From Camelus dromedarius (Eukaryota): a stretch of 64,000 nucleotides of DNA. Below are positions 55,401 through 64,000 of this stretch, piece after piece. The DNA is taken from contig NC_087436.1 in assembly GCF_036321535.1 (NCBI RefSeq), positions 94,986,001-95,050,000 on the forward strand, written 5' to 3'. The position numbers and the translations under genes were made by a program. The notes below the pieces were generated by a model. It searched no databases. It had not been told where the DNA came from and saw only the letters and a list, made by a program, of their open reading frames with translations. Position 1 is the stretch's first letter, and the number at the start of each line of letters is the position of its first letter.

Positions 55401-57042
55401 GCTAAATCATGAACTAATTTTAAAAATTGTAATTAAATACACTAGTTACCTATGCAGAGATATTCCCCTCTCTTCATTATACATATGATTATAGATGACT
55501 GGTCTATATTTATTATTATTCCAACACCACAGTTCAGAATTCCATATTCTGAAGATTAGAAGAGAAGGCAGTAAATATTCCCCAGTAAGAGATTATTGAA
55601 TATATGAACTCATTTTGTCTCCATCTCTTATGATGCCTATATTAATAACCAACATACAAATTACAAGTGCTATTAAAACCTGCAGAGAAATTTTAGAAGA
55701 AAAAGGATCCAGTAATCAATTTAGAAAAATAATAAGCCTTTAAATATTTTTGAGTGAAGATGATCAGAAAGATGACTTTCAAGGCTCTAACTTGTTACAT
55801 AATATGCCATAGTAGTTTAAACTGATTAAGAAAATTTATTTCAAAGATAAGCCTGGCTCCACATGGGTGAAGATAAAGTCATTACAAAATTACCGATTTT
55901 TCTCTCCTCAAACTCATTTCCCCTTATTTTTGCCCCCTTTTCACTAGCCAATCACACACAACTAGCTCTTCTATGTTCCCTTATACGTTACTGAAGGAAT
56001 GTCCTTCATTTCCCTAAATAGCACAATTTTCAGTGAAGTGAAGATAACAGGAATTAGTAGCTGTCATCTTAGGAAGAGACATGTTACTGTATTCTCTGTA
56101 TTACTCTGAAGGGCTGCGACATAGGACAAAGAGAAATAATAAGAAAAATATTATTGACAACTGCAAGGGTGTAAAAAATTATTGGCAACTGCAATGTGCA
56201 TCTCCTTGTAAAGTCTTTCATTTTCATTAAAATTAAAACATGACTCTATAATCTGTTGCAAACTGAAATGTCCTAAAAATTTTTATATTATAGAAATGGC
56301 TTACAGTTTTGCTATAACTATAGAAGGTAAATGGATGAAGCAAACTGCAAAGCAATGATGCATAAAATTGCTACCATATATTATTTTCAAGGCAGAGCCA
56401 GATCTATATATGGAACATAACATATTTCAAAGCTATTTGTTGTCTTTATAATTTTATAGAATTAAAGTCAATATTAGAACAATTTTTTAAATCCCAGCAA
56501 AAGTACTACATACCAAGATATTATATATGCGTATATATGTAGATATATATATATATATATATATAAAATCATAGATTTTAAATAATAATACTAAATTATT
56601 TTAAACAGTATAGAGAATATACCCCACACCCCACTTCTAACAGTAAGAAAATAATAGACCTGCATGAACTGGAATCAGATTCATTTTCTTCTTCACTAGT
56701 GCCATCATCCACTTCTGGTCTATCCAGCCAATGTGCACCGCCACAATCTTCTGCTGTAAACTCAAATGCAGGGACTTCAGAGGTGGATGCCATTGGCCAA
56801 GAAGGTGAATTCTGAAAATCCAGTTGGCTGGACCTTCGGTAACCAATTGAAGCCAAAGGCAATTGTAGGCTACATGGATCTAAAAACTTTCTCCCACCAT
56901 TTGCTCTGGTCTGTCCTCGATTCCAAAATTCTCCCTGCTGGCTGTCAACTGTAGAATTAGGAGATGCTGCTTGATGGCTAAACCACCTCCATCTGATTTT
57001 CAAAATCTGCTTCACATCAAACTCTTTACGAGAACCAGACAT
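6892..57042 (-). CDS. KLHL5: Kelch-like protein 5, full spliced CDS (11 exons, 2130 nt, 709 aa; BTB/POZ-BACK-6 Kelch repeats)
   Basis: Exon translations join in frame from [20 protein letters not shown]... to ...[18 protein letters not shown]. All introns are GT-AG and exon lengths 383+183+137+197+213+187+225+163+213+172+57 = 2130. The protein is recognised as KLHL5 from its distinctive N-terminus and kelch repeats. Confidence 0.96.
7798..7927 (+). mobile_element. tRNA-derived SINE, camelid Vic-1 type
   Basis: GGGGAGGGTATAGCTCAGTGGT (A box)...GGTTCAATCCCCAGTACCTCC (B box), A-rich tail, degenerate TSD attagcatttg/attggcatttg. Confidence 0.85.
8047..8229 (+). mobile_element. tRNA-derived SINE, camelid Vic-1 type
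   Basis: Same head with an internal TTCAATCC duplication, long A-rich tail, TSD-like gatttctt on both sides. Confidence 0.85.
10968..11412 (+). mobile_element. 5'-truncated lineage-specific LINE-1 3' end with internal (TG)n
   Basis: gaagtaagccaga...tcactcatatgtggaatct...ctgtatagcacaggga...tgtaactgactatacctcAATAAA plus poly(A). Confidence 0.85.
11294..11326. repeat. (TG)n microsatellite
   Basis: Pure TG run of about 16 units inside an L1 3' UTR. Confidence 0.9.
11656..11827 (-). CDS. KLHL5: KLHL5 coding exon 10 (kelch repeats)
   Basis: tttcag|[23 protein letters not shown]...[13 protein letters not shown]|gtatgg; 172 nt. Confidence 0.96.
13327..13539 (-). CDS. KLHL5: KLHL5 coding exon 9 (kelch repeats)
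   Basis: ttacag|[74 protein letters not shown]|gtaaat; 213 nt. Not present in the ORF track. Confidence 0.96.
15030..15265 (+). mobile_element. MIR SINE
   Basis: cagtgattaagagcac...ctgggtttgaatcctggttctactgctta. Confidence 0.7.
15412..16091. mobile_element. Degenerate hAT-Charlie DNA transposon remnant
   Basis: Termini caatggttctcaaact ... tacttgcaagccagtg resemble Charlie TIRs; family not resolved. Confidence 0.45.
18732..18894 (-). CDS. KLHL5: KLHL5 coding exon 8 (kelch repeats)
   Basis: ttgtag|[31 protein letters not shown]...VAVLSG-K; AA|gtaagg; 163 nt. Confidence 0.96.
19320..19836 (-). mobile_element. LINE-2 3' fragment
   Basis: ttcatttgttcatttattcaacaaata...taaggactttggatttattct...gagggttttgag. 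Confidence 0.65.
21129..21675 (+). mobile_element. MLT1 (ERVL-MaLR) solo LTR
   Basis: tg...cctcccatcaagagg...ttttggccaatgaga...aaataaatggttgtt...tggagtggtttgttatgcagcaa...gataca. Confidence 0.8.
22380..22604 (-). CDS. KLHL5: KLHL5 coding exon 7 (kelch repeats)
   Basis: atcaag|GA; (G)[28 protein letters not shown]...[10 protein letters not shown]|gtaagt; 225 nt. Confidence 0.95.
25339..25460 (+). mobile_element. tRNA-derived SINE, camelid Vic-1 type
   Basis: GGGGAGGGTATAGCTCACTGG...GAGGTCCTGGGTTCAATCCCCAGTACCTCC plus A-rich tail. Confidence 0.85.
26860..27890 (-). mobile_element. L1MC-like 3' UTR fragment
   Basis: aactttgattatttagttaaggtgctgtgtgccagatctctccactgtaaag and ttctggaataacaagatgttctaggcttatc motifs. 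Confidence 0.65.
27951..28137 (-). CDS. KLHL5: KLHL5 coding exon 6 (BACK end/kelch 1 start)
   Basis: ttctag|[14 protein letters not shown]...[13 protein letters not shown]|gtatta; 187 nt. Confidence 0.96.
28740..30680 (-). mobile_element. Old L1M fragments with a nested L1MB-like 3' piece (about 29960-30670)
   Basis: Degenerate antisense ORF2 motifs, then aagttgtgcaaccattacc...ttttaagaaactgccaaactgttttccaa. Confidence 0.7.
31662..31852 (+). mobile_element. Tigger2-derived MITE (MER8-like)
   Basis: TIRs cagttgacccttgaaca / tgttcaagggtctcctg flanked by TA on both sides. Confidence 0.8.
32245..32422 (-). mobile_element. L1MA-like 3' end
   Basis: tttttattgagatata...gtacaacataatgat...ttaagatctactctcttagc. 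Confidence 0.7.
32716..32900 (+). mobile_element. MER5A-like hAT-Charlie MITE
   Basis: cagtggttctcaaact...ccccagagtttcagatgcagtagg...tttggaagccactg. Confidence 0.75.
34410..34676 (-). mobile_element. LINE-1 3' end (artiodactyl-type) with (TA)n/(TG)n tail
   Basis: atagttccctgtgctatacagtagg...ctggtaaccac..tttgtttcctatgtctgtgag is the reverse complement of an L1 3' UTR. Confidence 0.8.
34418..34488. repeat. Compound (TG)n/(TA)n microsatellite
   Basis: atatgtatatgtgtgtgtgtgtatatatat... Confidence 0.9.
35694..36053 (+). mobile_element. MER2/MER2B-like TcMar-Tigger element
   Basis: ggttccaggacctctgcggatacc...ctcaagtccctgatataaaa...ctttaaatcatctctagattactta. Confidence 0.8.
36122..36334 (-). CDS. 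KLHL5: KLHL5 coding exon 5 (BACK)
   Basis: ctctag|[15 protein letters not shown]...[12 protein letters not shown]|gtaaac; 213 nt. Confidence 0.96.
40611..40807 (-). CDS. KLHL5: KLHL5 coding exon 4 (BTB end/BACK start)
   Basis: gttaag|GC; (G)[21 protein letters not shown]...[12 protein letters not shown]|gtatgt; 197 nt. Confidence 0.96.
40886..40972 (-). mobile_element. 87-bp extreme 5'-truncated young LINE-1 tail with perfect 13-bp TSD
   Basis: TSD gcgtagtatttta at 40873-40885 and 40973-40985; insert (minus) ...ggaatttgacacaacattgtaaaatgattataaatcAATAAAaaatgttaaaataaaataaa. Confidence 0.85.
41430..41566 (-). CDS. KLHL5: KLHL5 coding exon 3 (BTB)
   Basis: tctcag|[48 protein letters not shown]|gtaaga; 137 nt. 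Confidence 0.96.
42630..43330 (-). mobile_element. LINE-2 3' fragment
   Basis: cattcattcattcactgagcaaatac...ggcactgttctag...atctgggaaaagcattcaggcagaagagcagc. Confidence 0.7.
44212..44394 (-). CDS. KLHL5: KLHL5 coding exon 2 (start of BTB domain)
   Basis: Acceptor tttcag|G; (R)[61 protein letters not shown]; donor AG|gtaatt; 183 nt. Not present in the ORF track. Confidence 0.95.
47886..48087 (+). mobile_element. MER3-like hAT MITE nested inside a MIR
   Basis: gtgctatccaatatagtagc...catatttcaaatgctca...agaacatttccatcactgcagaaggttctatt; MIR sequence lies on both sides (about 47843-47885 and 48088-48265). Confidence 0.7.
50310..50835 (+). mobile_element. MLT1 (MaLR) LTR fragment
   Basis: gattggtttgggtggacatatgatccaaacaaggccaatcagagtc...tttgcttaagttagtttgag. 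Confidence 0.65.
51150..51610 (+). mobile_element. MLT1 (MaLR) LTR fragment
   Basis: gcctcccttgcaactag...ggaaggaacctggatctctgaat...aaacttctattttatttgagccactg. Confidence 0.65.
52728..53238 (+). mobile_element. L1MC-like 3' end
   Basis: caaggtcatcaaaac..gtctgagaaactgtcacagcc...aaatctgaataaagtatggactttagttaacaataatgtatcaatattggttca...ctgtaaatctaaaactgtt. Confidence 0.75.
56521..56565. repeat. (TA)n microsatellite about 100 bp into KLHL5 intron 1
   Basis: Interrupted then pure TA run. Confidence 0.85.
56660..57042 (-). CDS. KLHL5: KLHL5 coding exon 1 (N-terminal low-complexity/acidic region)
   Basis: ATG at 57042 (ctgaggATGt); MSGSRKEF...[12 protein letters not shown]; donor AG|gtctat; 383 nt, ends phase 2. 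Confidence 0.92.
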
Positions 57043-57520
57043 CCTCAGAGAAACCAAGTGATCGTCTAGGCAACGGGCAAAAAGCACTGCACACAGATTT
57101 ATGCATCCAACCAAGACAAGAGAAGTATATGCCCTGCTGTACACAATAAACAAATTGAAAGGAAGATAAATCACATTCACATATATATCTACATTTACTT
57201 TTATACCAATATATCACATTATAAAGAACAAAGGACAATGAAAAAAGATGAAACACGGTGGAACATTCCGTTCAATCAGAACAAACTCTCATCCACCTAT
57301 CCTGAAGCAGCTAGACCACTTTCCCCTGCTCTCCTTTCCCATACTGACCATTAGCTCTCGCAAACACTGACAGCATTCATTAAAATCCTTTCAAATGCAG
57401 AACACCACCCCCTTTTCTTAAACCACAAATGACAGAGACAGAAAGCACTATCCCGTGGCAGTATCTCAGTTTCTGCTGCTTAGTATATTAACTCTTTTAT
57501 TGCTGAAACAAGAAATGTAG
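57043..57520 (-). promoter_or_regulatory. Putative 5' leader and non-CpG-island promoter of the KLHL5 long isoform
   Basis: Repeat-free sequence upstream of the ATG. TATAAAAG on the minus strand at 57205-57198; RUNX-type TGTGGTT at 57427-57421; multiple uAUGs. The TSS cannot be determined from sequence. Confidence 0.35.
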
Positions 57521-60149
57521 TCCACAGCATTCTCCTTTGTACTTAAAAAATCACTGTAAAACTAAAGTGTTCCTATTTTTATTCTAAGTTCCTAAGTGAG
57601 CTATCATAAAACATTTTTTTTTTATTTAAAGCATTTTAAAATTAGATGAGTTAGATTTTTCAAGCTGTGCTCTTTGGATGAGGGGCGAGGAAGGAGGAGG
57701 AATAAAAAGGTGGGGTTCCCGTTCACTGCTCTCCACCTCTATCTTCTTTCTTCAGAAGAGGAGTGTATTTCATTAATATAGGAAGATCCTGGTAAGATTT
57801 TATTTGAGCAAAGAATATTGGGAACAAGGAGAAAGACAAAGTTAGAAAACTACAAAGGACCAAACTATAACAGTACTTACTCTTTTTCAAATAAATAACC
57901 CGAAGTCAATATTGGTCTATAATTAGGATTGGGCCACGCTGATTTAGTACAATAGCCAGATTTCTATGACACTACTTAGGAAAAGGAAAGTGCGGCTCCA
58001 GAAAGCTCCCTAGGACTGGGACAGGATTATTTCTTGGGCGTATAAGTACCCTAATGGTGCCCCCTGTTGTTAGCAAAACAGAACAATGGTCTGATCATGG
58101 TTATAGCTCGAATTGATAAAGCAAATTCAAAAAATCAATCAAATGCAATCAAAATTTAAAATACTGCACAGCTATTGTGAGCAAGACACTCTACTAGGCA
58201 TTGGGAGGGACAGATATATACATCTTGGTTCCTAACCTCAAAAATAATTGAGTTACTGAAACAAAAATATTTGATAACTTAAATATAAGAAACACTATAA
58301 TGCTGCAGTATGAACATTTTATAATCTACAAATACAGAATTTGTGTTTTCAGGGTGCTCAATATCTAATGCTACATCAAATAGTTTTACTCAAAAGGCAA
58401 TTACTATTATCAAATGAGTGAAGTGGGGAAAAGATCTGCTTTGGAGGATTACAAAAAATACTGTGAGGCAAGTATCTTAACATCACAAAGCTCTTTAGGA
58501 GAATAAAAATTATTCAGAGAAATAAGAATGAGTGGAATGAAAAGCATATATAACCTGTGCTAAACAGCACAGGACAAACCATAAATACTATCAGAGAAAC
58601 AGGAAATGCCAAGATTGTGTGAAGTGCTATGGGCCAGTTTCATTAGGGAAAAGGCTTCTAAGAATACCAAGAAATTGTATAGGCAGGATGGTGAAAGATC
58701 TTATAAAGGAAGAAAGATACTAATAAAAGAATGAAGTGGGCATATCGACAAAGACAGACAGGGAAATACCAGTTTGATCAGCCAGCCAGACATACTTAAT
58801 TAATTTTAAGGAGTAGTAAGAGATAAGGATGGATGCATAAGATGAGATACAATGCCGTGAGCACCCAGCAAAGATATAAAGGCTAGCAGGCAATGTTAAG
58901 TGGACTGCTGAACAGGGCAATGTTTTAGAAAATGAATTTGGCGGTAATATGCAGGATGCCTTAAGAGAGTGATCGACACTTCTCCCTCTACTCTCACCTC
59001 TGTCACACTCCTTTTCTCAACACCCTTCTAACTCCACTCTACCTATCCAACATTGTTTCTAACTATTTTCCAACAGAGACACATACTTCATCAGTTAAGA
59101 CAGGGTCTATGTTATATTGCTTCCTCTTTCATATGCTGTTTGTGTCCCAGTTTCTCTGGTTTTGAAATCCTATTCATCCTTCAAGGTTTAGCAGAGGAAC
59201 TGCTGCCCTGAGAATGGCTTCTCCAATTACTCTAGCCTTGTGGTTCTCAACAAGGGTAGCACCAACCCTCTGGTCTTGCATCCCAAAAAACCTTCTTGGA
59301 AGTAGGGGGGATAGATGTTTAGTTGCTGGAATGACCAGAGAGGGCTATGGGCAATTGTATGGGCAGGGGCCAGAGATGGTAAACATCTTGCAGTGCACGG
59401 TATAGACCCACAATGAAGAAATGCCACTGCAGTAGTTCATAATGATCTTACCATCACTCTTCATTCAAGTAAGTATTTACCAAGCATTTATACGTACAAG
59501 GTACCACAAGAGGTAGAAAGATGAATAAGAAACAAATGTTTCTTTTAAGAAGGCTATACTCTGGCAGAGAAAAGAATAAATGAACATTATAAAGAATACA
59601 TTTTAATACATATAATTTTATATAAATTAATTTTAAATTGGATTCATTCTGCCAATACGAGAACACTTACCAGAGAAGTACACTTACAACGTGCTAGCTC
59701 CAATAGCTAATTTTAATTGTTTTGCTGTTTGGTGGATCAGATGAAGTCTCAACACAAGAGTGGACTTCATTGAAGGCCACTGATATGCCAGATGTTTCTC
59801 AATTTGATATGGAGAAGAAATACAAAGACATGGTTTAAAATGTTAAACCATGCTTCTACTCTCAAGAGGGGCCACAGACCCTTTTCACCAAGATATTGAG
59901 ATATACATTAAATAAATACCTTTTTAATACAGTAGCTGTTCTGAGTAGGCTAGAGATGCAGGTAGGAGATTAGTTAGTCACTGAAATAGGCTTTCAGATT
60001 TTAAAAGGGATGCTAGGATTTGGGTTGGCAAAGGCCAAGTCCAATATTTAGCCCCTGCTGTCATAATCATGGGTTTAGTTACATACATACATACATAATA
60101 TACATACAATACAAAAAAAAAAAAACCAGCACCCCAATCTTTTGCATCA

Positions 60150-62310
60150 GTGGACTCATTCTGCATGTTTTTTTTTTTTCAGAGACATTTATTTTGTCAA
60201 TTTTCCTCCATTCATTCTTCCTGGTGATCGTGTTGACAGCCTGGTGTACAGCCTTTCACACCTTTGTCCTTGTTTAATAAAAGCCATATCCAAACTTCTA
60301 TACACATATACAGGGGATTTTGCTATTGTTTTATAAAAGAGATCAGATTGTATACATATTTTTGGCATTTTGCTTTTCTCACCAAAATTATATATATGGA
60401 AATATAAACTAATAATGATTTTTAAATAGTTGCATAATATTTCATAATTATAAAATGCAATTTATTAAACTACCTCCTTGCTAACGGACATGTGAACTGA
60501 CTTCAGGTTTTTGTTTCTGTTGAAATAAACGTCCTTGTGAGACTTTTCTGTCTATAGAATTTATTCCCAGGAGTGGAACTGCTGGGCTGAAGGAATGAAT
60601 AGATAACTCACTTGCCTGAGATTCATGTTTTCAAAAGTGAAGTGAGGGCATCCTCATTTACTTTTATAGACCCACCAGTCAACAATGAATATGGTAATTC
60701 TTTAAACTCCTGATGACTACCGGGCTTAAGCATATTTTCATAGGTTTATAGACCATTTTGATTTGTAGTTTTCTGAACTAGCTACTTATACTCTTTGCCT
60801 ATTTTTCTCTTGGGCTGTTTGATTTTTCCTTATTATCAACTAGAAGCTCTTTGTATATTAACTCTTCATCTGTCTTGTTTTACAAATACTTTTTCTAATC
60901 TATTTCCCAAATGGAGAGCAACCTTTAGAAACATTTTAAAATTAAAGTTTGACATACAATAGAAAAATGTACAAATCATAAGTAGAGAGCCCAATAAATT
61001 ATCACAATGTCAACCCTATTCAGGTTAAGAAAAGAAACATTACCAGCATTCAAAAGTCTTCCACAAGCACCTTCAAAGGTAACCACCATCCTTAGCATAA
61101 TTTTATCTGTTTTGAATCTCATATATTCTTTACTCACCATTGCTTTGAAATTAATCCGTGCTGTAGTCTATAGCAGCTGATAGCTGGTTTTTATTCCATT
61201 GTATAAATATATGACCATCCAAATCCATTCATTGCTGACATTTGAGTTGTTTCTGATTTTAGACTTTTGCAAGTAATTCTATAAACATTTTCGTACATAT
61301 GCATTCAACTTGGATTCTTGTTACTGATTTACACTCTTACAAGCAGCATATGGGAAGTCCAGTTACTCCATATGCAGCCAACACTGGTATTGTCAGACTT
61401 TAATTTTAGTCATGATGATGGTGGTGTAGTGGTACCCATTTGGTTTTACTTTACATTTCTCTGATTATTAATGTGGTTGAGTAACTTTTCATGTGAATTG
61501 GTCATTTGGCTTGCCTCTTTGTGAAAGGTCCTTTTTTAAATTCCCTTGCTCTCTTTTTTTTTCCTATTACCTTGTCTGTCTTTATCTTCTTGATTTGTAG
61601 GAGCTCTTTATATTTCTAATATGAGCCCTCAGTCTATTATCAACATCATTTTACTATAAGCCACCCTTTCCCACTAAATTGAGGTATTATTTTTGTTATG
61701 AATTAGCTTCCCATATACAGAGATCAATTTCAGAATGCTAATTATGTTCCATTATTTGTCTATTTTATGCCAGTATTGCAATGTTTTAATTATAGTACAT
61801 TTACAATATGTTTAATATTTGTTAAAGCAAGTTCTTATTTCCACATATATTCTTTTAAAATAATTTTAAATCTAATTTTAATTATCTACTCTTCTGTATA
61901 TATACTTTAAATAATATGACCCAATCCTCTCCTCTGAAAAAAGCCCCAACCCTATTGAGATTCTAATCAGAACTGCATCAAATTTGTATGTTAATTTTGA
62001 GATGACTGGCATTTTATGACATTAAAATTTTTCTAGTAAATATAATCCAAGAATATATGTTTTATAGTTTGTTCAGATCTCATGCTCATCAATAAGACTT
62101 TAAAATCTTTTAAATATAGGTCCTGTGCATTTCTTATTAAATTTTTTATCATGTTCTTTCATTTCCTTTTTTTTCTCACTGTTGTAAATGCAATAATACC
62201 TTTCTAGTTTCATTTCCACATGGTTATTGCCACTGTAACAAAAGTTTGAGTACATTTATATTGTATCTAGTCATTTTATCACACTCCCTCATTAGCTATG
62301 ATATTTTAAA
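60150..62310 (-). mobile_element. Highly degenerate L1ME/L1M fragments
   Basis: Antisense L1 motifs: cccaggagtggaactgctggg, ggtattgtcagactttaattttag, gatttgtaggagctctttatat. Confidence 0.6.
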
Positions 62311-62896
62311 ATTAGTGTATATTTCTTGTTAAGTTAGAGGTAACTTTGAGACATCTATGTGGAGATGTCAGATAGTTGGGCAAATGTTCCTGGAGCTCAG
62401 ATCCAAGCTCCAAGGAACTCTAAAAGATAAACACACCAAAGGAGACAGGGACAACTAATGAAGTAGAGGAAAATCAGCAGGGCATGGTTTAAGGCAAGTC
62501 AAAGGATAAAGGTGTTTCAAAGCAAAAGGGATGATCATTGTGTCAAATAAGAGGTCGAGTGGAAAATGCCCTCTGGAGTAGGCAATGTAAAAATTTTGCC
62601 AAGTCAGACAGCAACAGTTTCAGTTAAGGGATAGGGACAAAAGCCAGACTATGGTGGGTTGAAGAGTTAATGGAAGATAAGAAGTAAGAGAGCATGTATA
62701 GACAACTCCTTAGGAAAGTTCTGCCGAATAGTGAGGCTGTGGAATGAGCCTGCAGCTGGAAGAGTTGAGGAATCAAGACAATGCATCTGTTTTGCTCATT
62801 TGTTTATTTGAGTTTAAAAGATACGGAACATCTCAGAATGATGAGAATGCTCCAGCAGGAAGATGAGATTGATGATTGTAGGCAGAACCATGAAGC

Positions 62897-62937
62897 AAAA
62901 ACAAAACAAAACAAAACAAAACAAAACAAAACAAAAC
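62897..62937. repeat. (AAAAC)n pentanucleotide repeat
   Basis: About 8 units of aaaac. Confidence 0.9.
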
Positions 62938-64000
62938 TGAAGGCTTTGATAAAAGGAATGGCACCTAAGCACAGTGGATGGCTTAAATCGTTACAGTAAG
63001 GGGAATATTTCCTTTGTAAGATTTATAACTTTCTAAATGCATTCATTATTTAAAAAGGAAAAAAAGACAGACACTAAGCAGTCTACCCAAGTTGAAAGCC
63101 AAATCAGTCCTCTAAAAGGAGTTATGAAATAATAAAAATTAGAGAGAAACTAAGAAGAAAAATGACAGAATTAATAAAGATCTAGCTCTTAAAAAATTTG
63201 CCAGTATACTCTCTTATCTTCTAGTAAATATAATCAAAGAAAAAAAAAACAGAACTTAGAAAGAGGACAAAAATAACAATTAAAATAGAATATTTAAATA
63301 AAATTAAAGTTTTAAAAAAATCAGTATTACTAAAAAAATTGTAAATGTCAAATTGATTACGAGAAATGCTGACAAATGGGGAGAATTTAGGCAAGCAAAA
63401 CTAGAAAATACTCCTCAAAGACAGAATTTGCTCAAAATCCCTTACAGCTAGATCTCTAATTTAATAATTTTTGCCTAAGCTTAAGCCTCTCTAAGCATGG
63501 GTACCTTGCAGGAAAATCTTCATTCTAACAAAATACATTAAAAATTATCTTTTTGGTAAAGTAGCTTCTTATAGCCCCAAAGTTAGAAACGGGTTCACAG
63601 AACTATTTTCTACCTTAATTGAATTCTTGGGTCAAATACTTTATGAAAAATATGTAGTAAATTTAAACATTAATGCTTTCATGGCATGGAATTCAGCATT
63701 TATTTAAATAACACTTTTTCTGTCCCATCAAGTTCTACCATGTAATTTAATATTGTTTCACTCAAATATTCTTCCAGCTCTGATGAGTAGTACTTCCTAG
63801 GGTAATTATTTATGAAAGATCAACACATATTAAAAGTTATTACATTGTTAAATTACCAAAGTGGCCTGCATGGGCTACTCCACATTAACTAGACCCCCTC
63901 ATCATTTTCTATCCCCTTGAGCCTCCTGGGTTTTCTTGTAGTACTTACTACCACCTGATATATTAGCTGTTCTCTCCCTTATTTGTTATCTTTATCCTCA

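Noticed and set aside
56150..56194. Imperfect 17-bp tandem duplication (attattgacaactgcaa / attattggcaactgcaa)
   Set aside because: There are only two copies, consistent with an ordinary slippage duplication.
2330..62999. The many 60-140 aa ORFs in the track other than KLHL5 exon-containing ones
   Set aside because: They have low-complexity L/F/I/S-rich composition, often GTG/TTG starts, and mostly lie in L1, L2 or MLT remnants or antisense to exons; none has a recognisable domain.
1..64000. A novel multi-gene or prokaryote-like system (CRISPR array, operon, defence island)
   Set aside because: The sequence is a single intron-rich mammalian locus; I saw no regular repeat-spacer arrays and no long unexplained ORFs.

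Overview
This is AT-rich mammalian genomic DNA. Three tRNA-Ala-like Vic-1-type SINEs point to a camelid (alpaca, llama or camel). The window is dominated by one minus-strand gene, KLHL5, a BTB-BACK-6xKelch adaptor of the CUL3 substrate-adaptor family. I reconstructed 11 coding exons, all GT-AG with consistent phases: 57042-56660, 44394-44212, 41566-41430, 40807-40611, 36334-36122, 28137-27951, 22604-22380, 18894-18732, 13539-13327, 11827-11656 and 6948-6892. They total 2130 nt, or 709 aa plus stop. The rest is intron or flank filled with L1, L2, MIR, MaLR LTRs, hAT/Tigger MITEs and microsatellites; repeat family names are from memory of consensus sequences and boundaries are approximate. I see no evidence for a new multi-gene system. 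The most unusual local signal is the KLHL5 5' leader, which has four AUG-stop mini-uORFs in 49 nt, an out-of-frame uORF overlapping the main AUG, and a GTG opening the in-frame N-terminal extension. Other notable items are a very young 87-bp L1 tail next to exon 4, a tiny orphan polyadenylated retro-fragment, and several perfect hairpins or micro-rearrangement scars.
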